Assembly (NCBI GenBank): GCA_963516375.1
Contig: CAUQBI010000012.1
Span: forward strand, 6,562-70,561
Direction: 5' to 3'
DNA: 64,000 bases
Source: Haemophilus parainfluenzae
GTDB taxonomy: Bacteria > Pseudomonadota > Gammaproteobacteria > Enterobacterales > Pasteurellaceae
The notes beneath the pieces were generated by a model, which had not been told where the DNA came from, did no database searches, and saw only the letters and a program-made list of their open reading frames with translations. Both the position numbers and the translations under genes were made by a program. Below, one piece after another: positions 55,686-64,000 of the stretch (the first letter of the stretch is position 1; each line of letters opens with the position of its first letter).

Positions 55686-57248
55686 TTAGCTTTCCACTTT
55701 TCGCCATAGATCTTTGCTATAAATGACCCCTACTGGATTTTTCTTCGCCCCCATAATAGTTAGAGAAATATAAACTGGTGTAGTGTATTGGAAAAGCGGT
55801 AACGCAAGGTTTTCCTGTTGGATCTTCTCACTTAATTTTAAGTAAATTTCTGACCGCTCTTTTTCATTTAAGCTTCTCAGTGCTTGCTCAAAAAGTTGAT
55901 CGTATTCTGCATTAGCATAGCCATTTTTATTATCGGGACTTTTAGAATAGAACAAGCCTAAAAATGCCATCGGATGATTAAAGTCTGCACACCAGCCAGA
56001 ACGAATGACTTGGAAATCCCCTTTTTGACGTTTAGTCTGTAATGTTTGCCAATTGACGGGTTGGGCATCCACGCGCAACATATCGGATTGTGTTAATTGC
56101 CCCACTAAACGTTGCGCGATATTCACATGCAAGGGTGCATCATCATAGAGCACATTTAAATGTAGCGGATGTCTTTCATCAATTTTATTTTGAGCCAATA
56201 ACTGCTCGGCAACAACGGGCTCCCATCTTGAATCTTGTCCATTTAGCATAGCTTTCGGTAAAAAATAAGAACTTGGAATTGCCGCTGGAATCTCATTATT
56301 CACAATATTCGTAACCGAAACCAACGAAGCAATCGCCTTACGCACATCTGCCTTAGCAACTTTAGGATCTTTCAGATTAAATTCATAAAAATAACCGCAA
56401 AGCTGTGGAAAATGTTGAAGATCTGAATGCACTTCTGGCACATCAACTACCACATCAAATTCAGCCAATTTAGGTTCCACAAAAGGCAAATAGGCTACGC
56501 GTTCAAAAGCCACATTATTTTTTTGCCAATAATAGGGGTTTTTCGTTAAGTGTATGCTTTTCACACTTTCACTTTCGATCATATAAGCCCCGTTTGTCAC
56601 AGGGGAATCAGGATCGCTATATTGTGGCACGAGGCTAATATGCGCCAACATTTCCGGCAAATACGGTGTTGGTTTATCAAGCTCAATGCGTAAAGTGCGG
56701 TCATTTTCCGCATAAATGCCTAAACTCTTAAAAGGTTTATTTTTTTCTAAAACGCCTTTCGCATTTTTTAGATTAAGATAAGCCAAATAAGATCTTAATG
56801 GACTATTGGATTGGGACAGTGCTTGCCAAGAAAGCATCACATCTTGAGCGACTAAAGGTTCACCGTTTGACCAACGAAGCCCTTCACGTAAGGTAAAGAG
56901 CCAGGTTTTGTTGTCTTTTGTTTGCCAACTTTCTGCGATACCTGGCACGATTCGTCCTTCCTGATCATAAGCGGTTAAGCCTTCATATAAATCGCGTAAT
57001 AAGTTTTCTTGTTCAGGATAACGCACAAACCAAGGCTCAAAAGAAGGAGAATGAGTAAACGCCCGAGTCAGTAAAGTCCTACTCGGTTTTGAAGTATTTT
57101 CTTGTTCAATAGACTGGCTTTGTGTTGGTTGCTCTTCTGATACCGTATTTGTAGATTTCGGGCTATTTAATTTGTCACAACCGCTTAATCCAAAAACGAC
57201 ACCTAAAATGACCGCACTTTTAAGCCAAGTAAGGAAAGCATTATCCAT
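55686..57248 (-). CDS. Orphan oligopeptide ABC substrate-binding lipoprotein (SBP family 5, OppA-like)
   Basis: Lipobox LSGC; LYEGLT, PGIAESW, WSNGEPL, NGAY and GWCADF. Confidence 0.85.
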   Translation of the reverse strand: MDNAFLTWLKSAVILGVVFGLSGCDKLNSPKSTNTVSEEQPTQSQSIEQENTSKPSRTLLTRAFTHSPSFEPWFVRYPEQENLLRDLYEGLTAYDQEGRIVPGIAESWQTKDNKTWLFTLREGLRWSNGEPLVAQDVMLSWQALSQSNSPLRSYLAYLNLKNAKGVLEKNKPFKSLGIYAENDRTLRIELDKPTPYLPEMLAHISLVPQYSDPDSPVTNGAYMIESESVKSIHLTKNPYYWQKNNVAFERVAYLPFVEPKLAEFDVVVDVPEVHSDLQHFPQLCGYFYEFNLKDPKVAKADVRKAIASLVSVTNIVNNEIPAAIPSSYFLPKAMLNGQDSRWEPVVAEQLLAQNKIDERHPLHLNVLYDDAPLHVNIAQRLVGQLTQSDMLRVDAQPVNWQTLQTKRQKGDFQVIRSGWCADFNHPMAFLGLFYSKSPDNKNGYANAEYDQLFEQALRSLNEKERSEIYLKLSEKIQQENLALPLFQYTTPVYISLTIMGAKKNPVGVIYSKDLWRKVES

Positions 57249-57702
57249 TTTCAACGTCTTCTGTTTTAATCCAAAAGAAAAAGAACCAATATTTTACCGC
57301 AATTAAAATCGCAATGATCGTTCGTCCCACAACACTTGGAGTAAAATAAAAACCAATTAAAAGCATCGTGGTTGAAAAGGTTAAAATAGAGATTTTTGTT
57401 TTTTTCGTTAATGAACGTCGCTCATTAAAGGATTTTAGGTATTTTTGATAAAGTTTCGTCTCTAAGAACCAACGTTCTAAACGAGAAGAACCTTGCGCAA
57501 ACGAATAAAGCGTAAGCAATAAAAAAGGTGTGGTCGGCAGAAATGGTAGAAAAATACCAATCACGCCTAAAACCAAAGAAATACAGCCTAATATAATATA
57601 AATGCCTTTAATTAAAGGATTTTTGGGAAAAAATTTAAGTGCAACAAAACCGGCTATAATCGAAAAAGTGATTAAGCCAGAAAACAATAACACGCCGTTC
57701 AT
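57241..57702 (-). CDS. YbaN/DUF454 family inner-membrane protein
   Basis: LGVIGIFLPFLPTTPFLLL...SSRLERW signature; start taken at MNGVLL after taggaa. Confidence 0.82.
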   Translation of the reverse strand: MNGVLLFSGLITFSIIAGFVALKFFPKNPLIKGIYIILGCISLVLGVIGIFLPFLPTTPFLLLTLYSFAQGSSRLERWFLETKLYQKYLKSFNERRSLTKKTKISILTFSTTMLLIGFYFTPSVVGRTIIAILIAVKYWFFFFWIKTEDVENG

Positions 57703-57818
57703 TATTATTCCTAAATAAAAGTGATACGCAATTATTACTGATTTTTTAGATTTTTCAACCTTGATATTATAGAATTTGTCGCAATTTACTAAAGAAACAG
57801 TTAGCAAAAGGAATATTT

Positions 57819-59858
57819 ATGTCTAATCCATTACTTCATATTGAAGGCTTACCTCCGTTTTCTCAAATCAAACCAGAACATATTCAACCGGCAATCCAAA
57901 AGCTCATCGAAGAAAATCGTCAAGCCATTGAACAAGTTTTAAAACAACCGCACTTTACTTGGGAAAATTTTATTGAACCGCTTTCTGAAGCTGGCGAACA
58001 CCTAAGCCGTGCTTGGTCACCAATATCCCATTTAAATTCCGTGAAAAACAGCCCTGAATTACGTGATGCGTACCAAGCCTGCTTACCACTACTCTCTGAA
58101 TACAGCACTTGGGTGGGTCAACACAAGGGCTTATACAATGCTTATTTAGCCTTAAAAAATAGTCCTGAATTTGCCACTTATTCAGTGGCGCAAAAGAAAG
58201 CCATTGAAAACGCACTACGTGATTTTGAACTTTCAGGTATCGGTTTATCTGAAGAAAAACAAAAACGTTATGGTGAGATTGTTGCTCGCTTATCAGAATT
58301 AAGCGCACAATTTAGTAATAATGTTCTCGACGCTACCATGGGTTGGGAAAAAGTCATTGAAGATGAAAGTGAATTAGCGGGTCTTCCTGAATCTGCATTA
58401 CTTGCAGCAAAACAATCTGCTGAAAGTAAAGGCTTAAAAGGCTATCGTTTTACGTTAGAAATTCCAAGTTATTTGCCAATCATGACCTATTGCGAAAATG
58501 CAGCACTACGCGAAGAAATGTATAGTGCTTATGCAACTCGCGCTTCTGATCAAGGTCCAAACGCAGGTAAATGGGATAACACAGCGATCATTGAAGAAAT
58601 CATGACGTTACGCGTGGAACTAGCGAACCTGCTAGGTTTCAATACCTATACTGAACGCTCACTTGCGACCAAAATGGCAGAAAATCCACAACAAGTGTTA
58701 GATTTCTTAAATAACCTTGCAGATCGTTCAAAAGCGCAAGGTGAGAAAGAATTAGCAGAACTTAAAGCTTATTGTGAAAAAGAATTTGGTGTAACGGAAC
58801 TTGCCCCTTGGGATATCAGTTTCTACTCTGAAAAACAAAAACAACATTTATATGCGATCAATGATGAAGAACTTCGTCCTTATTTCCCTGAAGATCGCGT
58901 TATTTCGGGCTTATTTGAATTAATTAAACGTATTTTTAATATTCGTGCAGTTGAACGTTTTGGCGTCGATACTTGGCATAAAGATGTGCGTTTCTTTGAT
59001 TTAATTGATGAAACGGGAGAAGTACGTGGCAGTTTCTATCTCGATCTTTATGCGCGCGAAAATAAACGTGGCGGCGCATGGATGGATGATTGTATCGGCA
59101 GAAAACGTAATGCTGACGGTTCAATTCAAAAACCTGTTGCCTATTTAACCTGTAACTTCAATGCACCTATTGGTGATAAACCTGCACTATTCACCCATGA
59201 TGAAGTCACGACTCTCTTCCACGAGTTTGGTCACGGCATTCACCATATGCTCACTAAAGTTGATGTGCCCGATGTTGCCGGTATCAATGGTGTACCTTGG
59301 GATGCGGTAGAGCTTCCAAGTCAATTTATGGAAAACTGGTGCTGGGAAAAAGAAGCCCTTGATTTTATTTCGGGTCACTTTGAAACGCACGAACCGTTAC
59401 CAGAAGAGAAATTAAATCAACTTTTAAAAGCGAAAAACTACCAAGCGGCAATGTTTGTGTTACGTCAACTTGAATTTGGCTTGTTTGATTTTACCCTTCA
59501 TCATACTTTTGAACCAGGCAAAGCTAATCAAGTACTTGATACCTTAAAAGCAGTGAAAGATAAAGTGGCCGTAATTAAAGGCGTTGAATGGGCAAGAACA
59601 CCACATAGCTTTAGCCATATCTTTGCTGGCGGTTACGCAGCCGGTTATTACAGCTACTTATGGGCTGAAGTGTTATCTGCAGATGCCTTCTCTCGCTTTG
59701 AAGAAGAAGGAATTTTCAATCCAGTTACCGGTAAATCTTTCTTGGATGAAATTCTCACTCGCGGCGGCTCTGAAGAACCAATGGTCTTATTCAAACGCTT
59801 CCGTGGACGTGAACCTCAATTAGACGCATTGCTTCGTCATAAAGGCATTGCGAACTAA
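57819..59858 (+). CDS. prlC: Oligopeptidase A (M3A)
   Basis: MSNPLL, KRGGAWM, FHEFGHGIH, WDAVELPSQ and YAAGYYSYLWAE. Confidence 0.97.
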   Translation: MSNPLLHIEGLPPFSQIKPEHIQPAIQKLIEENRQAIEQVLKQPHFTWENFIEPLSEAGEHLSRAWSPISHLNSVKNSPELRDAYQACLPLLSEYSTWVGQHKGLYNAYLALKNSPEFATYSVAQKKAIENALRDFELSGIGLSEEKQKRYGEIVARLSELSAQFSNNVLDATMGWEKVIEDESELAGLPESALLAAKQSAESKGLKGYRFTLEIPSYLPIMTYCENAALREEMYSAYATRASDQGPNAGKWDNTAIIEEIMTLRVELANLLGFNTYTERSLATKMAENPQQVLDFLNNLADRSKAQGEKELAELKAYCEKEFGVTELAPWDISFYSEKQKQHLYAINDEELRPYFPEDRVISGLFELIKRIFNIRAVERFGVDTWHKDVRFFDLIDETGEVRGSFYLDLYARENKRGGAWMDDCIGRKRNADGSIQKPVAYLTCNFNAPIGDKPALFTHDEVTTLFHEFGHGIHHMLTKVDVPDVAGINGVPWDAVELPSQFMENWCWEKEALDFISGHFETHEPLPEEKLNQLLKAKNYQAAMFVLRQLEFGLFDFTLHHTFEPGKANQVLDTLKAVKDKVAVIKGVEWARTPHSFSHIFAGGYAAGYYSYLWAEVLSADAFSRFEEEGIFNPVTGKSFLDEILTRGGSEEPMVLFKRFRGREPQLDALLRHKGIAN

Positions 59859-59919
59859 TAACTAAAAAAAGAGCGGTCAAATTTTTGGCCGTTTTTTTAT
59901 CTTCCAATATGCAGAAAAT

Positions 59920-59950
59920 AAAAAAGCCCTCGGTAATCCGAAGGCTTTTA
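59920..59950 (-). terminator. rpsO terminator
   Basis: aaaaagccctcgg-taat-ccgaaggctttt. Confidence 0.75.
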
Positions 59951-59970
59951 TTTTACTATCGTAATAAAAA

Positions 59971-60240
59971 TTAGCGACGTAAACCTAAACGAGCGATAGT
60001 GCTTTGGTATAAAGCAAGATCAGTACGTTTTAAGTAGTCTAAAAGTTTACGACGACGAGAAACCATACGTAATAAACCACGACGACCATGGTGGTCTTTT
60101 TTGTGCTCAGCGAAGTGAGCTTGTAAGTGGTTGATTTGTGCAGTTAATAATGCGATTTGAACTTCAGAAGAACCAGTATCTTTCGCATCGCGACCAAATT
60201 CAGCAACGATTGCTGCTTTTTTTTCAGTACTTAGAGACAT
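59971..60240 (-). CDS. rpsO: 30S ribosomal protein S15
   Basis: [13 protein letters not shown] and [15 protein letters not shown]. Confidence 0.99.
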   Translation of the reverse strand: MSLSTEKKAAIVAEFGRDAKDTGSSEVQIALLTAQINHLQAHFAEHKKDHHGRRGLLRMVSRRRKLLDYLKRTDLALYQSTIARLGLRR

Positions 60241-60305
60241 TTTTTACTCCTAAAAGGTAGTGTTATTAATACATCATTCGCCGATCTCTAACTCAGCGAT
60301 GACAA
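60229..60305 (-). promoter_or_regulatory. S15 autoregulatory leader (pseudoknot)
   Basis: Minus-strand atcgctgagttagagatcggcga hairpin; its loop TTAGAGA complements TCTCTAA at the start of the CDS; promoter TTGCCT-N17-TAAAAT at 60343-60315. Confidence 0.85.
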
Positions 60306-60370
60306 GGAGCCTGAATTTTAACGATTGAGCAGGATAAAGGCAAGCTTTATTCTACTCATTCCTTAATAAA

Positions 60371-61801
60371 TTAATCTTTCAGCGCTTTAATTTTTTCAAT
60401 TACGTTTGTAGTTGAACAGCCATTTTCGAAATTCAATACGCGAACATCGCCGCCGTTCGCCCACACTTCTTTACTACCTGCAATCTCTTCAGGTTTGTAA
60501 TCGCCGCCTTTTACCAATAAATCCGGTAAAATCTCACCGATTAAACGTTGTGGTGTATCTTCATCAAAAGAGACTACCCAATCCACAGAAGCTAAACCAG
60601 CCAATACTGCCATACGTGCATTCAGATTGTTAATTGGACGACTTTCACCTTTTAAGCGTTTGACTGAATCATCCGTATTTACGGCAACAATTAAACGGTC
60701 ACCAAGTTTGCGAGCATTTTCTAAATAAGACACATGTCCTGGATGAAGAATATCGAAACAACCGTTTGTCATCACGATTTTCTCACCACGCGCTTTAGCA
60801 TGAGCTACTGCAGTTTTCAATTGGCTTTCTGACATAATACCGAAGCCCGTTTCAGAACGACCATGGATCGCATTCTCTAATTCCACAGTAGAGACTGTTG
60901 ATGTACCCAATTTACCCACTACAATACCTGCCGCCACATTGGCTAAGTAGCAAGACTCTTCAAAAGAACGACCATCTGCCAGTGCAGTAGCTAAAACACT
61001 GATTACCGTATCACCCGCACCTGTTACATCAAACACTTCTTTTGCAACAGTTGGTAGATGGAATGGTTCTTGATTTGGACGAAGTAATGTCATGCCTTTT
61101 TCAGAGCGCGTCACTAAAAGTGCGGTCAATTCGATGTCTGAAATTAATTTTAAACCTTTCTCAATGATCTCTTCTTCAGAATCACACTTACCTACCACCG
61201 CTTCAAACTCTGACATATTTGGTGTAAGTAAAGTGGCACCACGGTAACGCTCAAAATCCGTGCCTTTTGGATCGATTAACACCGGTACGTTCGCTTTACG
61301 TGCAATTTGGATCATCTTTTGCACATCTTTTAACGTGCCTTTGCCATAATCAGAAAGCACCAATGCACCAAAGTTTTTCACTTCCACTTCTAATTTTGCA
61401 AGCAACTCTTGGCATTCCACATTTTTGAAATCTTCTTCAAAATCTAAACGAAGTAATTGTTGATGACGAGACAAAATACGTAATTTCGTAATCGTTGGGT
61501 GAGTATTCAATGCCACAAAATTACAGTCAATTTTTTGGTGCTGTAGTAAATTGGTTAAGGCTGTCCCTGTTTCATCTTGACCAATTAAACCTAAAATTTG
61601 CACAGGTACATTAAGAGAAGCAATATTCATTGCCACGTTTGCAGCACCACCTGCACGCTCTTCATTATCTTGTACGCGAACCACAGGAACCGGTGCTTCC
61701 GGTGAAATACGATTAGTCGCACCAAACCAGTAACGGTCAAGCATCACATCGCCTAACACTAGTACTTTTGCTTGATTAAAATTGGCAGAATATTGAGCCA
61801 T
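60371..61801 (-). CDS. hldE: Bifunctional heptose-7-phosphate kinase / heptose-1-phosphate adenylyltransferase
   Basis: [28 protein letters not shown] and KGGDY. Confidence 0.97.
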   Translation of the reverse strand: MAQYSANFNQAKVLVLGDVMLDRYWFGATNRISPEAPVPVVRVQDNEERAGGAANVAMNIASLNVPVQILGLIGQDETGTALTNLLQHQKIDCNFVALNTHPTITKLRILSRHQQLLRLDFEEDFKNVECQELLAKLEVEVKNFGALVLSDYGKGTLKDVQKMIQIARKANVPVLIDPKGTDFERYRGATLLTPNMSEFEAVVGKCDSEEEIIEKGLKLISDIELTALLVTRSEKGMTLLRPNQEPFHLPTVAKEVFDVTGAGDTVISVLATALADGRSFEESCYLANVAAGIVVGKLGTSTVSTVELENAIHGRSETGFGIMSESQLKTAVAHAKARGEKIVMTNGCFDILHPGHVSYLENARKLGDRLIVAVNTDDSVKRLKGESRPINNLNARMAVLAGLASVDWVVSFDEDTPQRLIGEILPDLLVKGGDYKPEEIAGSKEVWANGGDVRVLNFENGCSTTNVIEKIKALKD

Positions 61802-61898
61802 TTTGAAATCTCTCTGTTGGAATAATAAAAATTTGGCGCAATTTTACCACAACTCAAATTTGCGATAAACTACACGCCGAACTAACCAGAAAAGAATT

Positions 61899-62834
61899 AT
61901 GAAAAACGAAAAACTCCCTCAATTTCAACCGCACTTTCTTGCCCCTAAATACTGGGGATTTTGGCTTGGTGTGGCGATTTGGCGAAGCCTTTTGTTACTT
62001 CCCTATCCAATTCTACGCCACATCGGCAATGGCTTAGGCTGGCTTTTCTCAAAATTAAAAGTGGGAAAACGCCGTGCCGCTATCGCACGCCGAAATCTTG
62101 AGCTCTGCTTTCCAGAAATGTCCGAGCAAGAACGTGAAGCCATTTTGCAAGAAAACTTGCGTGCCGTTGGGATGGCGATTATTGAAACCGGCATGGCATG
62201 GTTTTGGTCTGATGCGCGCATTAAAAAATGGTCAAAAATTGAGGGCTTAAATTATTTAAAAGAAAACGCCCAAGACGGCATTATCTTTGTGGGTGTTCAT
62301 TTCCTCACCCTTGAATTAGGCGCACGTATTGTGGGCTTACATCATCCTGGCGTAGGCGTTTATCGTCCAAATGACAATCCTGTATTGGATTGGTTACAAA
62401 TTAAAGGTCGCTTACGTTCAAACAAAGACATGCTGAATCGAAAAGATCTGCGAGGCATGCTCAAAGCCTTACGTAAAGGTGAAACCATTTGGTATGCGCC
62501 CGATCACGATTACGGTAGAAAAAATGCGGTATTTGTGCCTTTCTTTGCAGTAAAAGAAGCCGCAACTACGACAGGCAGTTATTATCTGCTTAAATCTGCA
62601 CCAAATTGTAAAGTTGTCCCTTTTGCTCCATTGCGTAATAAAGACGGCTCAGGCTATACAGTCAGTATTTCTCCACCAGTGGATTTTTCCGATCTTTCAG
62701 ATGAAACAGCAATCGCTGCAAGAATGAATAAAGTTGTGGAAAAAGAAATCTTAAAAGGCGTGGAACAATACATGTGGTTACACCGCCGATTTAAAACTCG
62801 TCCAACTGAAAATGAACCAAGTTTGTATTCATAA
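61899..62834 (+). CDS. lpxL: Lipid A late acyltransferase HtrB/LpxL
   Basis: ARRNLELCFPE, HFLTLE, YAPDHD and QYMWLHRRFKTRP. Confidence 0.92.
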   Translation: MKNEKLPQFQPHFLAPKYWGFWLGVAIWRSLLLLPYPILRHIGNGLGWLFSKLKVGKRRAAIARRNLELCFPEMSEQEREAILQENLRAVGMAIIETGMAWFWSDARIKKWSKIEGLNYLKENAQDGIIFVGVHFLTLELGARIVGLHHPGVGVYRPNDNPVLDWLQIKGRLRSNKDMLNRKDLRGMLKALRKGETIWYAPDHDYGRKNAVFVPFFAVKEAATTTGSYYLLKSAPNCKVVPFAPLRNKDGSGYTVSISPPVDFSDLSDETAIAARMNKVVEKEILKGVEQYMWLHRRFKTRPTENEPSLYS

Positions 62835-62880
62835 GTGCGGTTAATTTTTATCTGTTTTTGGATACTAAAACGACGAATCG

Positions 62881-62910
62881 AAAAATAAGGAAAATTTTCC
62901 TTATTTTTTT
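62881..62910 (+). terminator. Probable lpxL terminator (AT-rich palindrome)
   Basis: aaaaataaggaaaa/ttttccttattttt. Confidence 0.55.
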
Positions 62911-62944
62911 CTTGATCTTTATATAATTAAATATATAATGAATC

Positions 62945-63032
62945 TCGTTTTAGATAGTAAACTTGTTTTATTACAAACACACTACTGGCTAGTGCATTCC
63001 CCCCCACTCCTTTTGCACTAGCCATTTTTTTT
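62945..63032 (+). ncRNA. Candidate ~85-nt small RNA or attenuating leader upstream of the Nif3 gene
   Basis: TTGATC-N16-TATAAT (62912-62939); 11-bp stem TGGCTAGTGCA/TGCACTAGCCA with a 17-nt C-rich loop and T8 tail. Confidence 0.5.
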
Positions 63033-63078
63033 GAAATCTCTTACCATATCTCACCTTTTTTCTTTTTCTTAAAAAATA

Positions 63079-63834
63079 ATGAATAATCTAGAACTTGAAC
63101 GTTTACTAAACGAAAAACTTAGCACAGAGAGAATTAACGATTACGCACCTAACGGTTTGCAAGTAGAAGGCAAAGCAGAGATCAAAAAGATCATCACGGG
63201 CGTCACCGCGAGCCAAGCACTAATTGATTATGCCGTTGCACAACAAGCTGATGCGGTACTTGTCCACCACGGCTATTTTTGGAAAAGTGAAAACCCTTGT
63301 ATTCGCGGCATGAAAGGCAAACGCATCAAAACCTTGCTTGTGAATGACATTAATTTATACGCCTACCACTTGCCTCTGGATGTTCACCCAGAATTAGGCA
63401 ACAATGCAAAACTTGCTCAGTTATTAGGGATTGGCGATCTTCAACCTTTAGAAAATGGCTCAACTAGCATTCCTGTTTGGGGAACGTTAAAAGATCCTGT
63501 TAACGCTGAAGAGTTTGCGCAACGTATTGAACAAGTGCTTCAACGCAAACCGTTAATTTGCACCGAAAATAGACCGCACTTAATCCGTAAAATTGGCATT
63601 TGTACCGGTGGTGGACAAGGCTATATTGATTTAGCGGCAGCACAAGGTTGTGATGCCTTTATTACCGGTGAGGTTTCGGAGCAAACAATTCACTCTGCTC
63701 GTGAGCAAGGTATTCATTTCTTTGCGGCGGGTCATCATGCGACTGAACGCTACGGTATCAAAGCATTAGGTGAATGGTTGGCAACGGAATATGGCTTAGA
63801 TGTAGAATTTAAAGATATTGATAATCCAGCCTAA
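63079..63834 (+). CDS. ybgI: Nif3-like dinuclear metal centre protein (YbgI/DUF34)
   Basis: DYAPNGLQVEG, VHHGYFW, YHLPLD and AGHHATERYG. Confidence 0.93.
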   Translation: MNNLELERLLNEKLSTERINDYAPNGLQVEGKAEIKKIITGVTASQALIDYAVAQQADAVLVHHGYFWKSENPCIRGMKGKRIKTLLVNDINLYAYHLPLDVHPELGNNAKLAQLLGIGDLQPLENGSTSIPVWGTLKDPVNAEEFAQRIEQVLQRKPLICTENRPHLIRKIGICTGGGQGYIDLAAAQGCDAFITGEVSEQTIHSAREQGIHFFAAGHHATERYGIKALGEWLATEYGLDVEFKDIDNPA

Positions 63835-63854
63835 CTGGTACAAAGTGTGATTAA

Positions 63855-63883
63855 TTGCCGAAAGCACACAAAACAAGTATAAT
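63855..63883 (+). promoter_or_regulatory. fabI sigma70 promoter
   Basis: TTGCCG-N17-TATAAT. Confidence 0.65.
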
Positions 63884-63919
63884 CTTGTCGATTTTTTTAA
63901 CTCAAACATAGGAGAAAAT

Positions 63920-64000
63920 ATGGGTTTCTTAACTGGTAAACGTATTTTAGTGACAGGTCTTGCAAGCAACCGTTCTATTGCTTACGGGATTGCAAAAGCA
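63920..64000 (+). CDS. fabI: Enoyl-ACP reductase FabI, N-terminus (runs off the window; not in the ORF track)
   Basis: SD ggag, then ATG encoding MGFLTGKRILVTGLASNRSIAYGIAKA. Confidence 0.93.
   Translation, partial: MGFLTGKRILVTGLASNRSIAYGIAKA

Larger units (their letters stand above)
855..63581. repeat. Dispersed Haemophilus-type DNA uptake signal sequences (AAGTGCGGT/ACCGCACTT), several dozen copies
   Basis: Examples at 855/875, 7721/7749, 12091, 16241/16258, 26263/26287, 30819/30849, 37929/37958, 49662 and 63573; many lie in coding regions (TAL/SAV/PHF peptides). Confidence 0.95.

Noticed and set aside
57760..57786. Sigma32-like promoter for prlC (CTTGAT-N13-tcgcaatt)
   Set aside because: Plausible from E. 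coli precedent, but the -10 match to CCCCAT is too weak
1782..62221. Numerous 60-190 aa ORFs antisense to or nested in known genes (e.g. 25689-26168, 34979-35470, 50776-51345)
   Set aside because: Shadow frames of well-conserved genes, with no recognisable motifs or RBS
62938..63021. 27-codon ORF MNLVLDSK...LLH on + and a 32-codon ORF MASAKGVGG... on -
   Set aside because: The + ATG overlaps the -10 element and neither has a clear SD; not supportable without ribosome profiling
63833..63852. FadR- or FabR-like half site upstream of fabI (aactggtacaaagtgtg)
   Set aside because: Only a half match, with no dyad
1..64000. Prophage, IS, integron, CRISPR array, tRNA/rRNA or long phase-variable tandem repeats
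   Set aside because: No transposase or integrase ORFs, repeat-spacer arrays, tRNA cloverleafs or tetranucleotide tracts were seen by eye; intergenic gaps are short

Overview
A mostly core-genome segment of a Pasteurellaceae bacterium. It is AT-rich and dense in Haemophilus-type AAGTGCGGT uptake signal sequences. Gene content (oadGAB, an MFS-Aas fusion) suggests a Haemophilus parainfluenzae-like organism, which is an inference. About 53 CDSs are present: kdsD'-kdsC, letBA, proQ-prc-ldtD-mepK-gloC, pepT, potABCD, rarA-lolA-ftsK-lrp-radA-ygiF, DUF47-pit-ygiM-cca-lolB-ispE-prs, mdh, argR-yfcH, folC-accD-truA-rplY, dedA, riboflavin synthase, MATE pump, rng, putP-cmoB, rlmM-gcvA, ilvE, oadGAB, MerR plus MFS-Aas fusion, OppA-like lipoprotein, YbaN-like, prlC, rpsO, hldE, lpxL, Nif3 and fabI'. 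RNA elements are GcvB and the S15 and L25 leaders. I saw no prophage, IS, CRISPR, rRNA or tRNA. The most interesting signals are non-coding. There are three small promoter-plus-terminator units that look like unannotated sRNA genes: one behind pepT with a perfect triple CpxR-type box and anti-RBS sequence, one between prs and mdh with a CRP site, and one between lpxL and the Nif3 gene with a C-rich loop. There is also an SOS box before ygiF-radA and a MerR-coupled lysophospholipid-salvage fusion operon. All calls were made by eye; no database searches were run.
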